Positions 25,298 to 38,329 of a stretch of 64,000 nt of DNA are shown here, one piece after another. The notes below the pieces were generated by a model. It worked only from the letters and a program-made list of their open reading frames with translations. It searched no databases and had not been told where the DNA came from. The stretch is from Azolla caroliniana (lineage: Eukaryota > Plantae > Polypodiophyta). The position numbers and the translations under genes were made by a program. The DNA lies in NCBI GenBank assembly GCA_043228905.1, contig JBHGNT010000025.1, positions 62,001 to 126,000 on the forward strand, given 5' to 3'. Numbering within the stretch: the first letter of the stretch is position 1; every line of letters starts with the position of its first letter.

Positions 25298-28200
25298 CTT
25301 GAGTAAATTAAAATGTTCATACCTGGCTCGTGTGATATCGGATTTTTGTGTTCAAACATGCGAATCGAAGCTCACAACGCTAGCTATGATATGGTATTAA
25401 AAAATCATGATTTTGAAATTGAGGTCGAGAGACATGAAGAAATTAGCAATCTTGAGGAGGGAGTTGAGAGGAGCCCTTGAGTACATTAAAATGTTCATAC
25501 CTGGCGCGTGTGATATCGGATTTTTGTGTTCAAACATGCGAATCGAAGCTAACAACGCTAGCTATGACATGGTATTAAAAAATCAAGATTTTGAAACTCA
25601 GGTCGAGAGATATGAAGAAATTAGCAATCTTGAGGAGGGAGTTGAGAGGAGCCCATGAGTACATTAAAATGTTCATACCTGGCGCGTGTGATATCGGATT
25701 TTTGTGTTCAAACATGCGAATCGAAGCTAACAACGCTACCTATGACATGGTATTAAAAAATCAAGATTTTGAAACTCAGGTCGAGAGATATGAAGAAATT
25801 AGCAATCTTGAGGAGGGAGTTGAGAGGAGCCCTTGAGTACATTAAAATGTTCATACCTGGCGCGTGTGATATCGGACTTTTCTGTTCAAACATGCGAATC
25901 GAACCTAACAACGCTAGCTATGATATGGAACGAAAAAATCAAGATTTTGAAACTCAGGTCGAGAGATATGAAGAAATTAGCAATCTTGAGGAGGGAGTTG
26001 AGAGGAGCCCATGAGTACATTAAAATGTTCATACCTGGCGCGTGTGATATCGGATTTTTCTGTTCAAACATGCGAATCGAAGCTAACAACGCTAGCTATT
26101 ATATGGAACTAAAAAATCAAGATTTTGAAACTCAGGTCGAGAAATATGAAGAAATTAGCAATCTTGAGGAGGGAGTTGAGAGGAGCCCTTGAGTACATTA
26201 AAATGTTCATACCTGGCGCGTGTGATATCGGATTTTTGTGTTCAAACATGCGAATCGAAGCTCACAACGCTAGCTATTCTATGGTATTAAAAAATCATGA
26301 TTTTGAAATTGAGGTCGAGAGACATGAAGAAATTAGCAATCTTGAGGAGGGAGTTGAGAGGAGCCCTTGAGTACATTAAAATGTTCATACCTGGCGCGTG
26401 TGATATCGGATTTTTGTGTTCAAACATTCGAATCGAAGCTAACAATGCTAGCTATTATATGGAACTAAAAAATCAAGATTTTGAAACTCAGGTCGAGAGA
26501 TATAAAGAAATTAACAATCTTGAGGAGGGAGTTGACAGGAGCCCTTGAGTACATTAAAATGTTCATACCTGGCGCGTGTGATATCGGATTTTTGTGTTCA
26601 AACATGCGAATCGAAGCTAACAACGCTAGCTATTCTATGGAACTAAAAAATCAAGATTTTGAAACTCAGGTCGAGAGATATGAAGAAATTAGCAATCTTG
26701 AGGAGGGAGTTGAGAGGAGCCCTTGAGTAAATTAAAATGTTCATACCTGGCTCGTGTGATATCGGATTTTTGTGTTCAAACATGCGAATCGAAGCTCACA
26801 ACGCTAGCTATGATATGGTATTAAAAAATCATGATTTTGAAATTGAGGTCGAGAGACATGAAGAAATTAGCAATCTTGAGGAGGGAGTTGAGAGGAGCCC
26901 TTGAGTACATTAAAATGTTCATACCTGGCGCGTGTGATATCGGATTTTTGTGTTCAAACATGCGAATCGAAGCTAACAACGCTAGCTATGACATGGTATT
27001 CAAAAATCATGATTTCGAATTTGAGGTCGAGAGACATGAAGAAATTAGCAATCTTGAGGAGGGAGTTGAGAGGAGCCCTTGAGTACATTAAAATGTTCAT
27101 ACCTGGCGCGTGTGATATCGGATTTTTCTGTTCAAACATGCGAATCGAAGCTAACAATGCTAGCTATTATATGGAACTAAAAAATCAAGATTTTGAAACT
27201 CAGGTCGAGAGATATGAAGAAATTAGCAATCTTGAGGAGGGAGTTGAGAGGAGCCCTTGAGTAAATTAAAATGTTCATACCTGGCTCGTGTGATATCGGA
27301 TTTTTGTGTTCAAACATGCGAATCGAAGCTCACAACGCTAGCTATGATATGGTATTAAAAAATCATGATTTTGAAATTGAGGTCGAGAGACATGAAGAAA
27401 TTAGCAATCTTGAGGAGGGAGTTGAGAGGAGCCCTTGAGTACATTAAAATGTTCATACCTGGCGCGTGTGATATCGGATTTTTGTGTTCAAACATGCGAA
27501 TCGAAGCTAACAATGCTAGCTATGACATGGTATTAAAAAATCAAGATTTTGAAACTCAGGTCGAGAGATATGAAGAAATTACCTACTTTGAGGAGGGAGT
27601 TGAGAGGAGCACTTGAGTAAATTAAAATGTTCATACCTGGCTCGTGTGATATCGGATTTTTGTGTTCAAACATGCGAATCGAAGCTCACAACGCTAGCTA
27701 TGATATGGTATTAAAAAATCATGATTTTGAAATTGAGGTCGAGAGACATGAAGAAATTAGCAATCTTGAGGAGGGAGTTGAGAGGAGCCCTTGAGTACAT
27801 TAAAATGTTCATACCTGGCGCGTGTGATATCGGATTTTTGTGTTCAAACATGCGAATCGAAGCTAACAACGCTAGCTATGACATGGTATTAAAAAATCAA
27901 GATTTTGAAACTCAGGTCGAGAGATATGAAGAAATTAGCAATCTTGAGGAGGGAGTTGAGAGGAGCCCATGAGTACATTAAAATGTTCATACCTGGCGCG
28001 TGTGATATCGGATTTTTGTGTTCAAACATGCGAATCGAAGCTAACAACGCTAGCTATGACATGGTATTAAAAAATCAAGATTTTGAAACTCAGGTCGAGA
28101 GATATGAAGAAATTAGCAATCTTGAGGAGGGAGTTGAGAGGAGCCCTTGAGTACATTAAAATGTTCATACCTGGCGCGTGTGATATCGGACTTTTCTGTT

Positions 28201-29890
28201 CAAACATGCGAATCGAACCTAACAACGCTAGCTATGATATGGAACGAAAAAATCAAGATTTTGAAACTCAGGTCGAGAGATATGAAGAAATTAGCAATCT
28301 TGAGGAGGGAGTTGAGAGGAGCCCATGAGTACATTAAAATGTTCATACCTGGCGCGTGTGATATCGGATTTTTCTGTTCAAACATGCGAATCGAAGCTAA
28401 CAACGCTAGCTATTATATGGAACTAAAAAATCAAGATTTTGAAACTCAGGTCGAGAAATATGAAGAAATTAGCAATCTTGAGGAGGGAGTTGAGAGGAGC
28501 CCTTGAGTACATTAAAATGTTCATACCTGGCGCGTGTGATATCGGATTTTTGTGTTCAAACATGCGAATCGAAGCTCACAACGCTAGCTATTCTATGGTA
28601 TTAAAAAATCATGATTTTGAAATTGAGGTCGAGAGACATGAAGAAATTAGCAATCTTGAGGAGGGAGTTGAGAGGAGCCCTTGAGTACATTAAAATGTTC
28701 ATACCTGGCGCGTGTGATATCGGATTTTTGTGTTCAAACATTCGAATCGAAGCTAACAATGCTAGCTATTATATGGAACTAAAAAATCAAGATTTTGAAA
28801 CTCAGGTCGAGAGATATAAAGAAATTAACAATCTTGAGGAGGGAGTTGACAGGAGCCCTTGAGTACATTAAAATGTTCATACCTGGCGCGTGTGATATCG
28901 GATTTTTGTGTTCAAACATGCGAATCGAAGCTAACAACGCTAGCTATGACATGGAACTAAAAAATCAAGATTTTGAAACTCAGGTCGAGAGATATGAAGA
29001 AATTAGCAATCTTGAGGAGGGAGTTGAGAGGAGCCCTTGAGTAAATTAAAATGTTCATACCTGGCTCGTGTGATATCGGATTTTTGTGTTCAAACATGCG
29101 AATCGAAGCTCACAACGCTAGCTATGATATGGTATTAAAAAATCATGATTTTGAAATTGAGGTCGAGAGACATGAAGAAATTAGCAATCTTGAGGAGGGA
29201 GTTGAGAGGAGCCCTTGAGTACATTAAAATGTTCATACCTGGCGCGTGTGATATCGGATTTTTGTGTTCAAACATGCGAATCGAAGCTAACAACGCTAGC
29301 TATGACATGGTATTCAAAAATCATGATTTCGAATTTGAGGTCGAGAGACATGAAGAAATTAGCAATCTTGAGGAGGGAGTTGAGAGGAGCCCTTGAGTAC
29401 ATTAAAATGTTCATACCTGGCGCGTGTGATATCGGATTTTTCTGTTCAAACATGCGAATCGAAGCTAACAATGCTAGCTATTATATGGAACTAAAAAATC
29501 AAGATTTTGAAACTCAGGTCGAGAGATATGAAGAAATTAGCAATCTTGAGGAGGGAGTTGAGAGGAGCCCTTGAGTAAATTAAAATGTTCATACCTGGCT
29601 CGTGTGATATCGGATTTTTGTGTTCAAACATGCGAATCGAAGCTCACAACGCTAGCTATGATATGGTATTAAAAAATCATGATTTTGAAATTGAGGTCGA
29701 GAGACATGAAGAAATTAGCAATCTTGAGGAGGGAGTTGAGAGGAGCCCTTGAGTACATTAAAATGTTCATACCTGGCGCGTGTGATATCGGATTTTTGTG
29801 TTCAAACATGCGAATCGAAGCTAACAACGCTAGCTATGACATGGTATTAAAAAATCAAGATTTTGAAACTCAGGTCGAGAGATATGAAGA
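25298..29890 (+). repeat. 13-mer tandem duplication (2314 bp x2)
   Basis: Private markers repeated at +2314: GCCCATGAG 25651/27965, GGAACGAAAA 25927/28241, CATTCGA 26425/28739, TTAACAAT, and GTATTCAAAAATCATGATTTCGAATTT 26996/29310. Confidence 0.95.
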
Positions 29891-32800
29891 AATTAGCAAT
29901 CTTGAGGAGGGAGTTGAGAGGAGCCCTTGAGTGCATTAAAATGTTCATACCTGGCGCGTGTGATATCGGATTTTTGTGTTCAAACATGCGAATCGAAGCT
30001 CACAACGCTAGCTATGATATGGTATTAAAAAATCATGATTTTGAAATTGAGGTCGAGAGACATGAAGAAATTAGCAATCTTGAGGAGGGAGTTGAGAGGA
30101 GCCCTTGAGTACATTAAAATGTTCATACCTGGCGCGTGTGATATCGGATTTTTGTGTTCAAACATGCGAATCGAAGCTAACAATGCTAGCTATTATATGG
30201 AACTAAAAAATCAAGATTTTGAAACTCAGGTCGAGAGATATAAAGAAATTAGCAATCTTGAGGAGGGAGTTGACAGGAGCCCTTGAGTACATTAAAATGT
30301 TCATACCTGGCGCGTGTGATATCGGATTTTTGTGTTCAAACATGCGAATCGAAGCTAACAACGCTAGCTATGACATGGAACTAAAAAATCAAGATTTTGA
30401 AACTCAGGTCGAGAGATATGAAGAAATTAGCAATCTTGAGGAGGGAGTTGAGAGGAGCCCTTGAGTACATTAAAATGTTCATACCTGGCGCGTGTGATAT
30501 CGGATTTTTGTGTTCAAACATGCGAATCGAAGCTATCAACACTAGCTATTGTATGGAACTAAAAAATCAAGATTTTGAAACTCAGGTCGAGAGATATGAA
30601 GAAATTAGCAATCTTGAGGAGGGAGTTGAGAGGAGCCCTTGAGTAAATTAAAATGTTCATACCTGGCGCGTGTGATATCGGATTTTTGTGTTCAAACATG
30701 CGAATCGAAGCTCACAACGCTAGCTATGATATGGTATTAAAAAATCATGATTTTGAAATTGAGGTCGAGAGACATGAAGAAATTAGCAATCTTGAGGAGG
30801 GAGTTGAGAGGAGCCCTTGAGTACATTAAAATGTTCATACCTGGCGCGTGTGATATCGGATTTTTGTGTTCAAACATGCGAATCGAAGCTAACAACGCTA
30901 GCTATGACATGGTATTAAAAAATCAAGATTTTGAAACTCAGGTCGAGAGATATGAAGAAATTACCTACTTTGAGGAGGGAGTTGAGAGGAGCCCTTGAGT
31001 AAATTAAAATGTTCATACCTGGCTCGTGTGATATCGGATTTTTGTGTTCAAACATGCGAATCGAAGCTCACAACGCTAGCTATGATATGGTATTAAAAAA
31101 TCATGATTTTGAAATTGAGGTCGAGAGACATGAAGAAATTAGCAATCTTGAGGAGGGAGTTGAGAGGAGCCCTTGAGTACATTAAAATGTTCATACCTGG
31201 CGCGTGTGATATCGGATTTTTGTGTTCAAACATGCGAATCGAAGCTAACAATGCTAGCTATTATATGGAACTAAAAAATCAAGATTTTGAAACTCAGGTC
31301 GAGAGATATAAAGAAATTAGCAATCTTGAGGAGGGAGTTGACAGGAGCCCTTGAGTACATTAAAATGTTCATACCTGGCGCGTGTGATATCGGATTTTTG
31401 TGTTCAAACATGCGAATCGAAGCTAACAACGCTAGCTATGACATGGAACTAAAAAATCAAGATTTTGAAACTCAGGTCGAGAGATATGAAGAAATTAGCA
31501 ATCTTGAGGAGGGAGTTGAGAGGAGCCCTTGAGTAAATTAAAATGTTCATACCTGGCTCGTGTGATATCGGATTTTTGTGTTCAAACATGCGAATCGAAG
31601 CTCACAACGCTAGCTATGATATGGTATTAAAAAATCATGATTTTGAAATTGAGGTCGAGAGACATGAAGAAATTAGCAATCTTGAGGAGGGAGTTGAGAG
31701 GAGCCCTTGAGTACATTAAAATGTTCATACCTGGCGCGTGTGATATCGGATTTTTGTGTTCAAACATGCGAATCGAAGCTAACAACGCTAGCTATGACAT
31801 GGTATTAAAAAATCAAGATTTTGAAACTCAGGTCGAGAGATATGAAGAAATTACCTACTTTGAGGAGGGAGTTGAGAGGAGCCCTTGAGTAAATTAAAAT
31901 GTTCATACCTGGCTCGTGTGATATCGGATTTTTGTGTTCAAACATGCGAATCGAAGCTCACAACGCTAGCTATGATATGGTATTAAAAAATCATGATTTT
32001 GAAATTGAGGTCGAGAGACATGAAGAAATTAGCAATCTTGAGGAGGGACTTGAGAGGAGCCCTTGAGTACATTAAAATGTTCATACCTGGCTCGTGTGAT
32101 ATCGGATTTTTGTGTTCAAACATGCGAATCGAAGCTAACAACGCTACCTATGACATGGTATTAAAAAATCAAGATTTTGAAACTCAGGTCGAGAGATATG
32201 AAGAAATTAGCAATCTTGAGGAGGGAGTTGAGAGGAGCCCTTGAGTACATTAAAATGTTCATACCTGGCGCGTGTGATATCGGATTTTTGTGTTCAAACA
32301 TGCGAATCGAAGCTAACAATGCTAGCTATTATATGGAACTAAAAAATCAAGATTTTGAAACTCAGGTCGAGAGATATGAAGAAATTAGCAATCTTGAGGA
32401 GGGAGTTGAGAGGAGCCCTTGAGTGCATTAAAATGTTCATACCTGGCGCGTGTGATATCGGATTTTTGTGTTCAAACATGCGAATCGAAGCTAACAACAC
32501 TAGCTATTCTATGGAACTAAAAAATCAAGATTTTGAAACTCAGGTCGAGAGATATGAAGAAATTAGCAATCTTGAGGAGGGAGTTGAGAGGAGCCCTTGA
32601 GTAAATTAAAATGTTCATACCTGGCTCGTGTGATATCGGATTTTTGTGTTCAAACATGCGAATCGAAGCTCACAACGCTAGCTATGATATGGTATTAAAA
32701 AATCATGATTTTGAAATTGAGGTCGAGAGACATGAAGAAATTAGCAATCTTGAGGAGGGAGTTGAGAGGAGCCCTTGAGTACATTAAAATGTTCATACCT

Positions 32801-34199
32801 GGCGCGTGTGATATCGGATTTTTGTGTTCAAACATGCGAATCGAAGCTAACAACGCTAGCTATGACATGGTATTAAAAAATCAAGATTTTGAAACTCAGG
32901 TCGAGAGATATGAAGAAATTACCTACTTTGAGGAGGGAGTTGAGAGGAGCCCTTGAGTAAATTAAAATGTTCATACCTGGCTCGTGTGATATCGGATTTT
33001 TGTGTTCAAACATGCGAATCGAAGCTCACAACGCTAGCTATGATATGGTATTAAAAAATCATGATTTTGAAATTGAGGTCGAGAGACATGAAGAAATTAG
33101 CAATCTTGAGGAGGGAGTTGAGAGGAGCCCTTGAGTACATTAAAATGTTCATACCTGGCGCGTGTGATATCGGATTTTTGTGTTCAAACATGCGAATCGA
33201 AGCTAACAACGCTAGCTATGACATGGTATTAAAAAATCAAGATTTTGAAACTCAGGTCGAGAGACATGACGAAATTACCTAATTTGAGGACTGAGTTGAG
33301 ACGACCTAGTAGGTAAATTAAAATGTTCATACCTGGCTCGTGTGATATCGGATTTTTGTGTTCAAACATGCGAATCAAGCTAACAACGCTAGCTATTATA
33401 TGGAACTAAAAAATCAAGATTTTGAAACTCAGGTCGAGAGATATGAAGAAATTAGCAATCTTGAGGAGGGAGTTGAGAGGAGCCCTTGAGTACATTAAAA
33501 TGTTCATACCTGGCGCGTGTGATATCGGATTTTTCTGTTCAAACATGCGAATCGAAGCTAACAATGCTAGCTATTATATGGAACTAAAAAATCATGATTT
33601 TGAAATTGAGGTCGAGAGATATGAAGAAATTAGCAATCTTGAGGAGGGAGTTGAGAGGAGCCCTTGAGTGCATTAAAATGTTCATACCTGGCGCGTGTGA
33701 TATCGGATTTTTGTGTTCAAACATGCGAATCGAAGCTAACAACGCTAGCTATGATATGGTATTAAAAAATCATGATTTTGAAATTGAGGTCGAGAGACAT
33801 AAAGAAATTAGCAATCTTGAGGAGGGAGTTGAGAGGAGCCCTTGACTACATTAAAATGTTCATACCTGGCGCGTGTGATATCGGATTTTTGTGTTCAAAC
33901 ATGCGAATCGAAGCTAACAACGCTAGCTAATCTATGGAACTAAAAAATCAAGATTTTGAAACTCAGGTCGAGAGATATGAAGAAATTAGCAATCTTGAGG
34001 AGGGAGTTGAGAGGAGCCCTTGAGTGCATTAAAATGTTCATACCTGGCGCGTGTGATATCGGATTTTTGTGTTCAAACATGCGAATCGAAGCTAACAACA
34101 CTAGCTATTCTATGGAACTAAAAAATCAAGATTTTGAAACTCAGGTCGAGAGATATGAAGAAATTAGCAATCTTGAGGAGGGAGTTGAGAGGAGCCCTT

Positions 34200-35580
34200 G
34201 AGTAAATTAAAATGTTCATACCTGGCTCGTGTGATATCGGATTTTTGTGTTCAAACATGCGAATCGAAGCTCACAACGCTAGCTATGATATGGTATTAAA
34301 AAATCATGATTTTGAAATTGAGGTCGAGAGACATGAAGAAATTAGCAATCTTGAGGAGGGAGTTGAGAGGAGCCCTTGAGTACATTAAAATGTTCATACC
34401 TGGCGCGTGTGATATCGGATTTTTGTGTTCAAACATGCGAATCGAAGCTAACAACGCTAGCTATGACATGGTATTAAAAAATCAAGATTTCGAAACTCAG
34501 GTCGAGAGATATGAAGAAATTACCTACTTTGAGGAGGGAGTTGAGAGGAGCCCTTGAGTAAATTAAAATGTTCATACCTGGCTCGTGTGATATCGGATTT
34601 TTGTGTTCAAACATGCGAATCGAAGCTCACAACGCTAGCTATGATATGGTATTAAAAAATCATGATTTTGAAATTGAGGTCGAGAGACATGAAGAAATTA
34701 GCAATCTTGAGGAGGGAGTTGAGAGGAGCCCTTGAGTACATTAAAATGTTCATACCTGGCGCGTGTGATATCGGATTTTTGTGTTCAAACATGCGAATCG
34801 AAGCTAACAACGCTAGCTATGACATGGTATTAAAAAATCAAGATTTTGAAACTCAGGTCGAGAGATATGAAGAAATTACCTACTTTGAGGAGGGAGTTGA
34901 GAGGAGCCCTTGAGTAAATTAAAATGTTCATACCTGGCTCGTGTGATATCGGATTTTTGTGTTCAAACATGCGAATCGAAGCTCACAACGCTAGCTATGA
35001 TATGGTATTAAAAAATCATGATTTTGAAATTGAGGTCGAGAGACATGAAGAAATTAGCAATCTTGAGGAGGGAGTTGAGAGGAGCCCTTGAGTACATTAA
35101 AATGTTCATACCTGGCGCGTGTGATATCGGATTTTTGTGTTCAAACATGCGAATCGAAGCTAACAACGCTAGCTATGACATGGTATTAAAAAATCAAGAT
35201 TTTGAAACTCAGGTCGAGAGATATGAAGAAATTACCTACTTTGAGGAGGGAGTTGAGAGGAGCCCTTGAGTAAATTAAAATGTTCATACCTGGCTCGTGT
35301 GATATCGGATTTTTGTGTTCAAACATGCGAATCGAAGCTCACAACGCTAGCTATGATATGGTATTAAAAAATCATGATTTTGAAATTGAGGTCGAGAGAC
35401 ATGAAGAAATTAGCAATCTTGAGGAGGGAGTTGAGAGGAGCCCTTGAGTACATTAAAATGTTCATACCTGGCGCGTGTGATATCGGATTTTTGTGTTCAA
35501 ACATGCGAATCGAAGCTAACAACGCTAGCTATGACATGGTATTAAAAAATCAAGATTTTGAAACTCAGGTCGAGAGACAT
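34200..35580 (+). repeat. Dimeric higher-order repeat (356 bp, about 4 copies)
   Basis: Two monomer types alternate; TTACCTACTT at 34520, 34876 and 35232; ORFs at 34306, 34662, 35018 and 35374. Confidence 0.92.
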
Positions 35581-36749
35581 GACGAAATTACCTAATTTGA
35601 GGACTGAGTTGAGACGACCTAGTAGGTAAATTAAAATGTTCATACCTGGCTCGTGTGATATCGGATTTTTGTGTTCAAACATGCGAATCAAGCTAACAAC
35701 GCTAGCTATTATATGGAACTAAAAAATCAAGATTTTGAAACTCAGGTCGAGAGATATGAAGAAATTAGCAATCTTGAGGAGGGAGTTGAGAGGAGCCCTT
35801 GAGTACATTAAAATGTTCATACCTGGCGCGTGTGATATCGGATTTTTCTGTTCAAACATGCGAATCGAAGCTAACAATGCTAGCTATTATATGGAACTAA
35901 AAAATCAAGATTTTGAAACTCAGGTCGAGAGATATGAAGAAATTAGCAATCTTGAGGAGGGAGTTGAGAGGAGCCCTTGAGTGCATTAAAATGTTCATAC
36001 CTGGCGCGTGTGATATCGGATTTTTGTGTTCAAACATGCGAATCGAAGCTAACAACACTAGCTATTCTATGGAACTAAAAAATCAAGATTTTGAAACTCA
36101 GGTCGAGAGATATGAAGAAATTAGCAATCTTGAGGAGGGAGTTGAGAGGAGCCCTAGAGTAAATTAAAATGTTCATACCTGGCTCGTGTGATATCGGATT
36201 TTTGTGTTCAAACATGCGAATCGAAGCTCACAACGCTAGCTATGATATGGTATTAAAAAATCATGATTTTGAAATTGAGGTCGAGAGACATGAAGAAATT
36301 AGCAATCTTGAGGAGGGAGTTGAGAGGAGCCCTTGAGTACATTAAAATGTTCATACCTGGCGCGTGTGATATCGGATTTTTCTGTTCAAACATGCGAATC
36401 GAAGCTAACAACGCTAGCTATGACATGGTATTAAAAAATCAAGATTTTGAAACTCAGGTCGAGAGATATGAAGAAATTACCTACTTTGAGGAGGGAGTTG
36501 AGAGGAGCCCTTGAGTAAATTAAAATGTTCATACCTGGCTCGTGTGATATCGGATTTTTGTGTTCAAACATGCGAATCGAAGCTCACAACGCTAGCTATG
36601 ATATGGTATTAAAAAATCATGATTTTGAAATTGAGGTCGAGAGACATGAAGAAATTAGCAATCTTGAGGAGGGAGTTGAGAGGTGCCCTTGAGTACATTA
36701 AAATGTTCATACCTGGCGCGTGTGATATCGGATTTTTGTGTTCAAACAT

Positions 36750-38280
36750 GCGAATCGAAGCTAACAACGCTAGCTATGACATGGTATTAAAAAATCAAGA
36801 TTTTGAAATTCAGGTCGAGAGATATGAAGAAATTAGCAATCTTGAGGAGGGAGTTGAGAGGAGCCCTTGAGTACATTAAAATGTTCATACCTGGCGCGTG
36901 TGATATCGGATTTTTGTGTTCAAACATGCGAATCGAAGCTCACAACGCTAGCTATGATATCGTTTTAAAAAATCATGATTTTGAAATTGAGGTCGAGAGA
37001 CATATCGAAATTAGCAATCTTGAGGAGGAAGTTGAAAGGAGCCCTTGAGTACATTAAAATGTTCATACCTGGCTCGTGTGATATCGGATTTTTGTGTTCA
37101 AACATGTGAATCGCAGCTAACAACGCTAGCTATGACATGGTATTAAGAAATCAAGATTTTGAAACTCAGGTCGAGAGATATTACGAAATTACCTACTTTG
37201 AGGAGGGAGTTGAGACGACCTAGTAGGTAAATTAAAATGTTCATACCTGGCTCGTGTGATATCGGATTTTTGTGTTCAAACATGCGAATCAAAGCTAACA
37301 ATGCTAGCTATGATATGGAACTAAAAAATCAAGATTTTGAAACTCAGGTCGAGAGATATGAAGAAATTAGCAATCTTGAGGAGGGAGTTGAGAGGAGCCC
37401 TTGAGTACATTAAAATGTTCATACCTGGCGCGTGTGATATCGGATTTTTGTGTTCAAACATGCGAATCGAAGCTAACAATGCTAGCTATTATATGGAACT
37501 AAAAAATCAAGATTTTGAAACTCAGGTCGAGAGATATGAAGAAATTAGCAATCTTGACGAGGGAGTTGAGAGGAGCCCTTGAGTACATTAAAATGTTCAT
37601 ACCTGGCGCGTGTGATATCGTATTTTTGTGTTCAAACATGCGAATCGAAGCTAACAACGCTAGCTATGACATGGTATTAAAAAATCAAGATTTTGAAACT
37701 CAGGTCGAGAGATATGAAGAAATTAGCAATCTTGAGGAGGGAGTTGAGAGGAGCCCTTGAGTACATTAAAATGTTCATACCTGGCGCGTGTGATATCGGA
37801 TTTTTGTGTTCAAACATGCGAATCGAAGCTCACAACGCTAGCTATGATATCGTTTTAAAAAATCATGATTTTGAAATTGAGGTCGAGAGACATATCGAAA
37901 TTAGCAATCTTGAGGAGGAAGTTGAAAGGAGCCCTTGAGTACATTAAAATGTTCATACCTGGCTCGTGTGATATCGGATTTTTGTGTTCAAACATGTGAA
38001 TCGCAGCTAACAACGCTAGCTATGACATGGTATTAAGAAATCAAGATTTTGAAACTCAGGTCGAGAGATATTACGAAATTACCTACTTTGAGGAGGGAGT
38101 TGAGACGACCTAGTAGGTAAATTAAAATGTTCATACCTGGCTCGTGTGATATCGGATTTTTGTGTTCAAACATGCCAATCAAAGCTAACAATGCAAGCTA
38201 TGATATGGAATTAAAAAATCAAGATTTTGAAACTCAGGTCGAGAGATATGAAGAAATTAGCAATCTTGAGGAGGGAGTTG
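36750..38280 (+). repeat. 5-mer duplication (890 bp)
   Basis: GATATCGTTTT at about 36956/37846, CATATCGAAA at 37001/37891 and CATGTGAATCGCAG at about 37103/37993. Confidence 0.9.
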
Positions 38281-38329
38281 AGAGGAGCCCTTGAGTAAAT
38301 TAAAATGTTCATACCTGGCTCGTGTGATA

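Noticed and set aside
25833-29574. Longer 119-aa ORFs and 67-aa minus-strand ORFs
   Set aside because: They arise from single substitutions that remove a TAA/TAG, and they appear twice only because of the 13-mer duplication.
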